Assembly: GCA_032128875.1 (NCBI GenBank)
Contig: JAVLKG010000009.1
Location: forward strand, 32,001-96,000
Direction: 5' to 3'
From: Candidatus Melainabacteria bacterium 17Bon1m
GTDB taxonomy: Bacteria > Cyanobacteriota > Vampirovibrionia > Obscuribacterales > Obscuribacteraceae
DNA: 64,000 nucleotides
The notes under the pieces are model-generated. The model searched no databases. It saw only the letters and a program-made list of their open reading frames with translations, and was not told the DNA's origin. The position numbers were made by a program, and so were the translations under genes. This document shows, one piece after another, positions 39,850-48,419 of the stretch. Positions within the stretch are counted from its first letter, which is position 1. Each line of letters starts with the position of its first letter.

Positions 39850-39928
39850 TTAGCTTTGTCCTTTTCTGGTTGATTGTCCGTAAAACTGATGGTGAACCAA
39901 TTCTGAGTTGTTCTGAATAAAGCAGAAA

Positions 39929-39951
39929 GGGCGCATGCAATGCGCCCCCAC
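39929..39951 (-). repeat. REP-like family A copy
   Basis: Minus strand reads GTGGGGGCGCATTGCATGCGCCC just after the E1-beta stop. Confidence 0.85.
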
Positions 39952-39966
39952 GCTAATACTCAATGC

Positions 39967-40947
39967 TTAGAAACTCAATGTTGCTCTTGCTGCATTGAGC
40001 ACTTTGTCCGAATCCGGCAAGAAGGCTTGTTCCTTCGAGAAGTACGGGATCGGCACATCGTAGCCGGTGACGCGCACGACCGGTGCTTCCAGGTACATCA
40101 GAACCTTTTCATTGATTCTGGCGATAACCTCGGCAGCCAAGCCACAGGTACGAGGACCTTCGTGGATGACGACTGCACGCCCTGTCTTCTTGACCGACTC
40201 GATGATGGTGTCTGTATCGAGCGGGCAGATGGACAAGAGGTCGATTATTTCCGGTTTGACGCCGTCATCTTCTTCCAACGTTTCGGCAGCTTCGAGAGTT
40301 GCTCTCATGCTGGCGCCGTAGGAGATGAGGGTGATGTCCTTACCTTGCTTCACTACTTGTGCTTTGCCGATGGGCAGTGTTTCCATTGTTTCTGGAACGT
40401 CTTCGCGGAACAAGCGGTAGCATGCTTTTGGTTCGTAATAGATGACTGGATCCGGATCTTGGATAGCGCTGTGAAGCAGTGCTCTCGCGTTTCTCGGTCC
40501 AGATGGAATTACAACTTTCAAGCCTGGGGTGTGAGCGTAAATCGCTTCGCGGCTTTCAGAGTGGTGTTCCAACGCGCGAATGCCGCCGCCGTAAGGAGCG
40601 CGCATTACCATCGGCACTGTCAGTCTGCCGCGGGTGCGGTTTCTGAAACGTGCTGCGTGGCTTTCCAGTTGGTGATAGTTGTAATAGTCGAATCCTGAGA
40701 ACTGAATCTCGCAGACCGGCTTCATACCGTAGATTGCCATGCCGATTGCTGTGCCGATGATGCCGGACTCAGCAAGCGGTGTGTCGATGACGCGGTCGCC
40801 GCCGAACTTGGCAAACAGACCTTCGGTAATACGGAAAACGCCTTCATCAGGACCGACGTCTTCGCCCATTACGATGACTTTGGGGTCTTTGGTCATGGCT
40901 TCCAGAAGTGCGAGGTTAATCGCCTTAGCCATATTCATCTCAACCAT
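39967..40947 (-). CDS. 2-oxoacid (pyruvate or branched-chain) dehydrogenase E1 beta
   Basis: MGEDVG..GVFRITEGL, DTPLAESGI, EIQF and ALEHHSES motifs. Confidence 0.95.
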   Translation of the reverse strand: MVEMNMAKAINLALLEAMTKDPKVIVMGEDVGPDEGVFRITEGLFAKFGGDRVIDTPLAESGIIGTAIGMAIYGMKPVCEIQFSGFDYYNYHQLESHAARFRNRTRGRLTVPMVMRAPYGGGIRALEHHSESREAIYAHTPGLKVVIPSGPRNARALLHSAIQDPDPVIYYEPKACYRLFREDVPETMETLPIGKAQVVKQGKDITLISYGASMRATLEAAETLEEDDGVKPEIIDLLSICPLDTDTIIESVKKTGRAVVIHEGPRTCGLAAEVIARINEKVLMYLEAPVVRVTGYDVPIPYFSKEQAFLPDSDKVLNAARATLSF

Positions 40948-40990
40948 TTTGAATCTCTCCTAATTGAAAACTGCAGGGGAAAAGCTTTTG

Positions 40991-41044
40991 CCTGGGAGCG
41001 CCGGCGGCTCGCCGGCATATTAGGCGCGTGCAACGCGCCCCCAC
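40991..41044. repeat. Composite of REP-like family B and family A palindromes
   Basis: CCTGGGAGCGCCGGCGGCTCGCCGGCAT (40991-41018) and inverted family A copy (41022-41044). Confidence 0.78.
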
Positions 41045-41051
41045 GAGCTCG

Positions 41052-42224
41052 CTACTTGCGAGAACTCGCCGGTGCCTTGGTGCTCTTCTTCTGAGGATTG
41101 GACCAATCTTTTCCTTTGGTTTTGAAATGGTCGCGCAGTTCGTCTTTCTGCTCTTGCAGGTAAGGCGGGATATCTTCGAACAAGTGATCAAACATCGCTA
41201 GCGGGTTGAGCAACTCTTCCGATTTGAACATCTCTTCGGCGTTTGCAACCGCTGCTTTGATTTGGGTGTCGATTTCTTCTTCGAGAGCAGCGAGCTGTTT
41301 CTCGTTCATGACGCCCTTTTGTTGGAGGTATTTGGCAAAACGCGGCAGCGAATCACGCAAGACCCACTCTTTGGTTTGCTCTTCGTCGCGGTAGCGCTTC
41401 GGATCGTCAGCCGTGGTGTGCGGGGTGACGCGATAGGTGAGGCACTCGATCAGTGTCGGACCTTCGCCGCGGCGAGCGCGGTCAACGGCTTCTTTGGCTG
41501 CTTGATAAACAGCGAGCACATCATTGCCATCTACCTTGATGCCTGGGATGCCGTAAGCAACGGCGCGTTGTGCGATGGTTTCGTTTCTCATCTGCTTGGA
41601 GAGCGGAACCGAAATTGCATATTGATTGTTCAAGCACATGAACACAACCGGCGCATTGAATACCGCTGCGAAGTTGAGTGCTTCGTGGCAGTCGCCTTCA
41701 GAAGAAGCGCCGTCGCCGAAGTAAGTCATTACAACTTTCTTCTCTTTCTTCTTGTCGCCGCCTTCTCTTTCTTCGATGTTCATTGCCATGCCAATACCGG
41801 CAGCATGGAGCAATTGTGTAGCGATAGGTACGCAAACCGGCAAGTCATTAACGCCTTCGGGCGGGCTGGCACCTTCTTCGAAGCCATTCCAGTAAAGAAG
41901 AATATGCTCAAGCGGCCAACCGCGGTACAGCAACCCTGCCAATTCCCGGTACGCCGGCACATGCCAGTCGTCTTTATTGATATTGAAGATTGAGCCCATC
42001 GAGATGGCTTCGTGTCCAGAGGACTGCGGGAAGGTTCCGCAACGACCCTGGCGCTGCATGAGGAGCATCCGCTCATCGGTGCGGCGTGCGAGCAGCATGT
42101 ACCGATACATCTCGATCAAACCCTTCGGGTCGATCTTCGGCTCAAGTGCCTTGTCGAGTTCGCCATGCTCGTTGAGGATGGACAAATACTCAATTTTGGG
42201 CAGTTCGATTGGTGTTCTGGGCAT
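41052..42224 (-). CDS. 2-oxoacid (pyruvate or branched-chain) dehydrogenase E1 alpha
   Basis: TPP motif GDGASSEGD...NNQYAIS and TYR..PHTTADDP..YR. Confidence 0.95.
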   Translation of the reverse strand: MPRTPIELPKIEYLSILNEHGELDKALEPKIDPKGLIEMYRYMLLARRTDERMLLMQRQGRCGTFPQSSGHEAISMGSIFNINKDDWHVPAYRELAGLLYRGWPLEHILLYWNGFEEGASPPEGVNDLPVCVPIATQLLHAAGIGMAMNIEEREGGDKKKEKKVVMTYFGDGASSEGDCHEALNFAAVFNAPVVFMCLNNQYAISVPLSKQMRNETIAQRAVAYGIPGIKVDGNDVLAVYQAAKEAVDRARRGEGPTLIECLTYRVTPHTTADDPKRYRDEEQTKEWVLRDSLPRFAKYLQQKGVMNEKQLAALEEEIDTQIKAAVANAEEMFKSEELLNPLAMFDHLFEDIPPYLQEQKDELRDHFKTKGKDWSNPQKKSTKAPASSRK

Positions 42225-42480
42225 GGTCTTTCTACCGCGTCCTTATGCTGTAGCCGGGGTCACATTTATTACGGTCAACCTTGAAGTCGTTTAATGACGG
42301 CATCTCTAGCCTGAAAGCTGCTAGAATTCCGCCTGCTTGACGATCCTCACTTAGACATCTAGCCTAAGGCCTAGAAGTATGTCATATAGAGGACCGCCGC
42401 CGCAATAAAATGGCGCGTGAAGAAAAGGCTAAGAACGCTGTTTCTGAGCGGAAACTTGAACGAAAGATAAAGGCGCGATT

Positions 42481-43359
42481 GTGACTTCAGCAGACGGAAC
42501 CCAGATCAAACCATCCAAGCCAGAGTGGCTCAAAGTCAAGCTTCCCACGGGAGCTGGCTATAAGAACGTCAAAAGTTTGATCGAAGAACACGACCTGCAC
42601 ACGGTCTGTGAGTCCGCCGCCTGCCCCAATCGCGGCGAATGCTGGTCGCGATCCACAGCCACCTTCATGATCCTCGGCAACATTTGCACCCGCAGCTGTG
42701 GCTTCTGCAACGTCATTACCGGCAAGCCCACCGAGCTAGACCTCGACGAACCGCGCCGCGTCGCGCAAGCTGTCAGCAAGCTCAACCTCAAATATGCAGT
42801 CATCACCTCGGTCAATCGCGACGAGCTGAAAGATGGCGGTGCTTCAGTCTGGGCCGAGACCATCCGCGAGTGCCGCGCTGCCAGCCCTGAAACAAAGATA
42901 GAAGTTTTGATACCCGACTTCTGCGGAAATTGGGATGCGCTGCAGACAGTCCTCGATGCGCGCCCCGATGTTCTCAACCACAATATTGAAACTGTGCCGC
43001 GTCTCTATTTGCAAGTTCGCCCTCAGGGGAAATTCGAGCGCAGTTTGGAATTGCTTAGACGCGCTAAAGATTTCGGTATGACTACTAAGTCCGGATTGAT
43101 GATGGGCTTGGGTGAAACTGACGAAGAAGTGATTGAAGTATTGAAAGAGTGGCGCAAAGTCGATTGCGATCTTGTCACTCTGGGCCAGTACATGCAACCA
43201 ACGATGAACCACTTGCCAGTCGCACGCTGGGTTCACCCGGATATCTTCAAACGCATGCACGACATCGGCATGGAGATGGGCTTCGTCAATGTCTTCTCTG
43301 GTCCGCTAGTTCGCTCCAGCTACCACGCCGAAGAACAAGCCGCTTCAGTCGTTTCGTGA
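42481..43359 (+). CDS. lipA: Lipoyl synthase
   Basis: CESAACPNRGEC and CTRSCGFC Cys motifs; C-terminal VRSSYHA. Confidence 0.97.
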   Translation: MTSADGTQIKPSKPEWLKVKLPTGAGYKNVKSLIEEHDLHTVCESAACPNRGECWSRSTATFMILGNICTRSCGFCNVITGKPTELDLDEPRRVAQAVSKLNLKYAVITSVNRDELKDGGASVWAETIRECRAASPETKIEVLIPDFCGNWDALQTVLDARPDVLNHNIETVPRLYLQVRPQGKFERSLELLRRAKDFGMTTKSGLMMGLGETDEEVIEVLKEWRKVDCDLVTLGQYMQPTMNHLPVARWVHPDIFKRMHDIGMEMGFVNVFSGPLVRSSYHAEEQAASVVS

Positions 43360-43571
43360 CCACGGTTATCTATGTTTGTTTGTTAGATGAAGGAACAGAC
43401 TGCTGGCGTCCTGTAAATGCCTTGCACCAAAGAGAAAGCGTCTACTTGATTGTTGAAGAAAACAATACAGATGGCGATGAGATCTGGCAGTTTTCGAAAG
43501 GCGATCTAGTGCGGTGCGAATTGCGAAAACTGAGCGGCGGCGAACATCTTGTTGCTGTCGAAAAGCTTTAG
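43356..43571 (+). CDS. Small hypothetical protein (71 aa)
   Basis: GTG overlapping the lipA stop (GTGA); IYVCLLDEGTDCWRPV...DEIWQF..GDLVRC looks like a compact real domain. Confidence 0.65.
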   Translation: MTTVIYVCLLDEGTDCWRPVNALHQRESVYLIVEENNTDGDEIWQFSKGDLVRCELRKLSGGEHLVAVEKL

Positions 43572-44590
43572 TAAAAACTGTATTTAGCTGCCCAATAAGG
43601 TGGCGGAAAGGCTAAGTCTATTTCTATGGTTTTAGTGACAGATGTGCGTTTTGAAAATGACGGAAATGGGTTTAGCGGTTTTTCCAATCTGCTTGTGATT
43701 TCGTCTAATACAATTTGATCAAACTTAGGATTGCTGCTGCTTTTGCGCAAGGTAATATTCCTTACTTTTCCTTGATTCGATACGACGAAACTAACTTTGC
43801 AAGGCAGTGGAATGTCTGGTTTCTTTACTCCATCCTGTCCGCACCGTTTGCTCACTGCGCTGTAAATTTCATCGTCCAGAGCAAGCGACCATCTCCACCA
43901 TTTGTAGCCATAACCTTCGTCGGGATCAGGATTGGGCAAGACATCACTGATGCTTTCCACCGTCATGAAGTCTTTGTGGCTGCGCCGCTTCTCGATGCTG
44001 GAATTTAGCTGTGTAATCTGCCGTTCCATTTCCTTTTCTTTTGATTTGTCTGAATTCTTGTAGACATAAAATTCGCAGCTTCCATCCATAAATTTGGTCC
44101 ATGACTTGCCTGTGCACTCTTCTGCATTTGCCATGATAGGCTCTAAAATTGCTCGTTTCCCAACCGAATGTCTTCTGCTTGCTATCGGAAACAAAAGCAA
44201 GAATTTTCCTGACATGCTTTTAGCTGATTCAACTGCAAGTGCATCAAATTTTTCGTTGAAACTACTTTTCTCCACCATGGCGCACACAACTTTTCCGTTA
44301 GCAACGAGAAACCATAATTTTGCATCAGAAGGAATTCTTCCAATTGGCTCGGGAAGCGCGCGAATCCGTTGCTCCAGATCGCTGCGCAGGTAATCATCGA
44401 TAGTTCGACTCCATCGCCTCCACTCGTTGTCTAGCGGAGTTATATAGCGATCAAAATCAAAACCGTCGGCTGAACTAACATCTGCGCAACCTCCATTCAA
44501 ATACGCCTGAGCCGCTGCTGGAGATTCGTTAATTAGCATCATCGAGATCAATATTAGATGTCGATGAGCAGATAACCTCGTCTTTCTCAT
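43568..44590 (-). CDS. Exported protein with two TonB C-terminal-like domains
   Basis: Two similar units: FLVANGKV...KSSFNEKFD...FP..SRR.SV and FVVSNQGKV...KSSSNPKFD...FP.FSKR.SV. Confidence 0.68.
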   Translation of the reverse strand: MRKTRLSAHRHLILISMMLINESPAAAQAYLNGGCADVSSADGFDFDRYITPLDNEWRRWSRTIDDYLRSDLEQRIRALPEPIGRIPSDAKLWFLVANGKVVCAMVEKSSFNEKFDALAVESAKSMSGKFLLLFPIASRRHSVGKRAILEPIMANAEECTGKSWTKFMDGSCEFYVYKNSDKSKEKEMERQITQLNSSIEKRRSHKDFMTVESISDVLPNPDPDEGYGYKWWRWSLALDDEIYSAVSKRCGQDGVKKPDIPLPCKVSFVVSNQGKVRNITLRKSSSNPKFDQIVLDEITSRLEKPLNPFPSFSKRTSVTKTIEIDLAFPPPYWAAKYSFY

Positions 44591-44596
44591 TCTGTC

Positions 44597-45220
44597 TTAC
44601 TTCGCGGCAGGGTTCGGCTCCTGTTGCTTTTGCTCACGCGGTGCGAATATTGGTATGTCGCGCTGGGGCGAATCGAAATCACCAGTGTACGGACTAAACC
44701 TGCTGCGGAATTCTCTATTGAACAGTGGATTTGTACTTCCTTCTGGTCCATACAGATTCCATGGACGTCCACCAGCCTCTGGCGATAACGGTACAAATTG
44801 TGCGGATCCCTCACCACCCCATGCTGGCGGCAACTTTCCATTTCCACGTTCATATGGTCTTACGTCGAACCCGTGCAATTTGTTGCACTTGCCTTTCAGA
44901 AAATCGTCGACAGAGCTGCCATTGCACCCTGGATCTTCAGAACTGTTGAGTTTGACCGGAACTAGACCCTTTTGCGAGAGCCCTCGCTCGATGCTATTGA
45001 TGGGTGTGAACTCAATGAATGGCGAAATTGAGTAAGTTTTTGCTATCTCCTGATTGAGCAAAGAGCCAGGCGGATCAATGCCGAAAAGACTGTTGGTGCG
45101 CCCCTGTAAAAACTCCGTTGTTGCACTACCGTTCATACGGGAAGCAGTCTCGGCGGCAACAGCAACAATGGGACAAAATAGCAAAGATCCTACAGCAAAA
45201 GCGACAGCCAATTTAAGCAT
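44597..45220 (-). CDS. Hypothetical secreted protein
   Basis: Signal peptide MLKLAVAFAVGSLLFCPIVAVAA; P/G-rich; GAGGA RBS. Confidence 0.62.
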   Translation of the reverse strand: MLKLAVAFAVGSLLFCPIVAVAAETASRMNGSATTEFLQGRTNSLFGIDPPGSLLNQEIAKTYSISPFIEFTPINSIERGLSQKGLVPVKLNSSEDPGCNGSSVDDFLKGKCNKLHGFDVRPYERGNGKLPPAWGGEGSAQFVPLSPEAGGRPWNLYGPEGSTNPLFNREFRSRFSPYTGDFDSPQRDIPIFAPREQKQQEPNPAAK

Positions 45221-45442
45221 CGACAGTTTCCTCGGAGCGTCTGTGAAAATTTGAGCTTAACCAGGATACCGGTGGGATTTCTTTCGATATATGGGTTATT
45301 CCCTGAAGTTTCTGTTGCTATTTTAGTAAAAGAGAATCAGTCGGAAACCTTGCCTGTTGGCGCTAGTCATTCTAATTGCAGCCTGACGGTGTGCCAAACT
45401 GGAACTGTCTAATTAAGCAGATCCACTCGCGAGGAAGTTTTC

Positions 45443-45970
45443 GTGAAAACCAGGAAAGCTCTCGCACTGTTTACCATCGGGCATTCGACGCGCTCAGTTG
45501 CCGAGTTCGTCGAGTTGCTGAAATTAAACGAAATAGAGCTGTTAGTCGACGTTCGCACTGTGCCGAAGTCGCGAACCAACCCGCAATTCAACAAAGACAC
45601 CTTTGGCGATGATCTCGAAAAGGCAGGAATCGAATATTTGCATATGACAGATCTCGGCGGTTTGCGCCATGCTAAAAGAGACTCGAAGAACACTGTGTGG
45701 GAAAACGCTTCATTCCGGGGTTATGCAGACTACATGGAGACTGAGGAATTCCGCAATGCAGTGAAGGATTTATTGAAACTCGCTGAAAAGAAACGGCTGG
45801 CAATCATGTGTTCCGAAGCTGTTTGGTGGCGGTGCCATCGCTCGATGATCGCAGACGAATTGGTAGCCGAAGGTTTCGAAGTGCGCCACATCATGGGCGA
45901 CAAAAAGCCCGCTGAGCACAAGCTTCGCTCATTCGCTCACGTTGCGCGCGGGCATGTTTCCTATAGATGA
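45443..45970 (+). CDS. DUF488 family protein
   Basis: FTIGHSTR, LVDVR..P.SR.NPQF, LGGLR, FRGYADYM and MCSEAVWWRCHR. Confidence 0.9.
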   Translation: MKTRKALALFTIGHSTRSVAEFVELLKLNEIELLVDVRTVPKSRTNPQFNKDTFGDDLEKAGIEYLHMTDLGGLRHAKRDSKNTVWENASFRGYADYMETEEFRNAVKDLLKLAEKKRLAIMCSEAVWWRCHRSMIADELVAEGFEVRHIMGDKKPAEHKLRSFAHVARGHVSYR

Positions 45971-45982
45971 TCTTCTAATCTC

Positions 45983-46900
45983 TCAGCGAATCTCTTCAAC
46001 GCTCTCTGCAATTCCGCGCATGTAGCTCTCAACTTTCTCCACATCCCACTTGCTGAACGGGGACTTCCGCATTGCGAGCAGGTCATTGATTTGGTGCTGA
46101 ATGTCCTGTCTAATGTTGTGCGCGATTTGCGTGGTGAGGTTGTAATCTTCTGCGTTTTCCGGTGCGTAGTCGAGCTTGAATGGCTTGCCTACACAAATAA
46201 GTAGTTTTACCGGCAGTGGGATAGCGTTGAATGGAAATGGCAGCAGTGGATAAAAAGGGGTCACAGGCCAATACGGCGCACCCATCAGGTCGGCAACAGG
46301 TTTTAAATTCGCAAGAAGGGGATAGATTTCATCGCCCCCGATGGTGATGACCGGTACAAGCGGAGAATTAGTTTCAATCGCAGCTCTCACGAAGCCTTGA
46401 TGAAACTCTTGAAGGCGATAGCGATCCTTAAATAACTTTCCCGTCCCTGCTTCCGCTTCGGGATAGAAGCAGACTAATTCTTCTGTTTCAAGTAATCTCT
46501 TCGAAAGTTCGTAGTCAGCGGCGACTCCTCCGAAGCCTCGAATGACTGTGCCCAATACGGGCGACTTTCGAATGAATTCGTTGACCAAAAACCTAATTCT
46601 TCGAGGATCAGGATGATGATTGAGAATCCCGTCATAAAGCATCATTCCGTCTACAGGAAGGACGCCTGAATGATTGCCGAAGAGCACAGCGCGCCCTTCT
46701 GCAGGAATGTTTTCCAACCCAACCATTGTTACGCCGAACCACTTTTCATAGAGAAAGCGAAACAGCACTTCGCTCTGTTTGCACTTATTGAGGTCGAACC
46801 CGAAGCTGTCCTCGTCATCGCGATATCGGGCGAAAAACTTGTCGCGCGGAGTGACTTCGTTTTGAGTTTCGGGCTGTGAATTTTGTTCCGCTGCCTGCAT
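45983..46900 (-). CDS. Lysophospholipid/glycerolipid acyltransferase (PlsC superfamily)
   Basis: NHSGVLPVDG catalytic motif, FYPE, GFVRAAI...PLVPV..IG.DE. Confidence 0.88.
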   Translation of the reverse strand: MQAAEQNSQPETQNEVTPRDKFFARYRDDEDSFGFDLNKCKQSEVLFRFLYEKWFGVTMVGLENIPAEGRAVLFGNHSGVLPVDGMMLYDGILNHHPDPRRIRFLVNEFIRKSPVLGTVIRGFGGVAADYELSKRLLETEELVCFYPEAEAGTGKLFKDRYRLQEFHQGFVRAAIETNSPLVPVITIGGDEIYPLLANLKPVADLMGAPYWPVTPFYPLLPFPFNAIPLPVKLLICVGKPFKLDYAPENAEDYNLTTQIAHNIRQDIQHQINDLLAMRKSPFSKWDVEKVESYMRGIAESVEEIR

Positions 46901-47048
46901 ATATCCTGATTTTACGATTGAATTTGGATTTCCGAAAAGGAAAAATAGTTGATTGAGCGATACCTATGGATTGGATAGGCTTCCTATTTGTTCCAAGTCT
47001 GGGCAATATTAATGAACCCGGCGCTCAAAAGCGTCAAATCGAAGTGGT

Positions 47049-48155
47049 CTAAGCGGCCAGCGGAAGGCGAACGGTGAAAGTTGTGCCTTTGCTTTCTTCT
47101 GCTTCGCAGGAGATTGTTCCTTTATGCGCTTCTATTATTTGCTGGCACAGATAAAGCCCCAGCCCTGTGCCTGAATTAGTAGCGCGCGTTATGCGGCTGC
47201 GCCAAAAACGTTGAAAGACGTAAGGGTGTTCTTCTTTTGGAATTCCCGGACCGCTGTCCGAAACCTGCAAAAGAACCTCATGCCTATCTTGTTTTTCCAG
47301 CTTTACCAGGATAGTGCCACCGTCAGGCACAAACTTGATTGCGTTTCCGATTAGATTGTCCAAGACGCGAGTGATTGAGCATTTGTCTGCGCGTACATGA
47401 ACTTCCTCATTGGAGAGTTCTGCACTTAATGTGATGCCTCGATCTTCGATTAGTGGAAGAAGTCCGCGCAAATGCTTTGCTGTAATTGCACGCATATCGA
47501 TGACTTCGAGACTGATGTCGTGTATTTCTTTTTCATTGCGGTAAACATCGAGGAAATTGCAAATCATCTCGAGCAGCACATCATTGCTGTTCTTCACTGC
47601 TCCAAGAATTTCTATCTGCTGATCGCTCAAGCTGCCGAGCTTTTGATTGACCAGTAATTCAAGTATGCGATTAGATCCAATGATCGGGTTTTTTAAATCA
47701 TGCGTGAGCGTAGCCATGAAGTCTTCTCGCTCCTCGTATGTTCGCAGGCGCTCGGACTCTGCCGTCTTCATCTTTAATCTGGCACGCGCGCGTGAAAGGG
47801 CGCGGCGGAGGACTGTCGGAGTGACTTCCTCTTTCAGTAAATACTCCTGCGCGCCGAGTTCAATCGCTTCTTCTACCTCATCAATCGCGGACAGAACAAC
47901 GATGGGAATTGCCGGCGCGCAATTCCTCACGGCGACTAAGGTATCCAGTCCATGACTGTCCGAAAGGGTGAGGTCGAGCAAAATAGCGTCGAAATCTTTT
48001 TCCGCAAGTTTTAGCAACCCGGAGGCTAATGAGGTAGCCACCACAGCATCTACAGGAATAGCGTTCAACATCGACTTTATCGCTAGAGCTTGCGCCCGTG
48101 AGTCTTCAATTAATAAAACCGAAGGTGCCGAGTTTTCCAATTCCTGTAGCGACAT
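47049..48155 (-). CDS. Hybrid receiver-histidine kinase (REC-HisKA-HATPase)
   Basis: LIEDS...LLDL...YLLK receiver; THDLKNP H-box, NLIGNAIKF, DSGPGI and GTGLGL. Confidence 0.92.
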   Translation of the reverse strand: MSLQELENSAPSVLLIEDSRAQALAIKSMLNAIPVDAVVATSLASGLLKLAEKDFDAILLDLTLSDSHGLDTLVAVRNCAPAIPIVVLSAIDEVEEAIELGAQEYLLKEEVTPTVLRRALSRARARLKMKTAESERLRTYEEREDFMATLTHDLKNPIIGSNRILELLVNQKLGSLSDQQIEILGAVKNSNDVLLEMICNFLDVYRNEKEIHDISLEVIDMRAITAKHLRGLLPLIEDRGITLSAELSNEEVHVRADKCSITRVLDNLIGNAIKFVPDGGTILVKLEKQDRHEVLLQVSDSGPGIPKEEHPYVFQRFWRSRITRATNSGTGLGLYLCQQIIEAHKGTISCEAEESKGTTFTVRLPLAA

Positions 48156-48419
48156 GGTTATACCAGGGGGGGAGGGTCAAAAGTCACCGGGTCGCCGCAA
48201 CTGTAAGAGCCCGCCAGTAAACGAAAGTTCCCACCAGGATACCTTAACTTTGGCTAGCGGGAAAATGTTAACGACTGGATACAGCCGCAGATTTGCGCAA
48301 GCACCTGATTTCTAGTGTGCTAACACTTTGAAAATTTTTTGCTCGTAGACGAATATTAGTCGTAACGAAAACGCCTCTTTCGCGATGAAAGTTTGTGCCC
48401 AATGAATTATTTCGTCCAG

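Noticed and set aside
43149-43355. 5' part of track ORF 43149..43571
   Set aside because: Overlaps lipA out of frame; the real gene most likely begins at the GTGA junction (43356).
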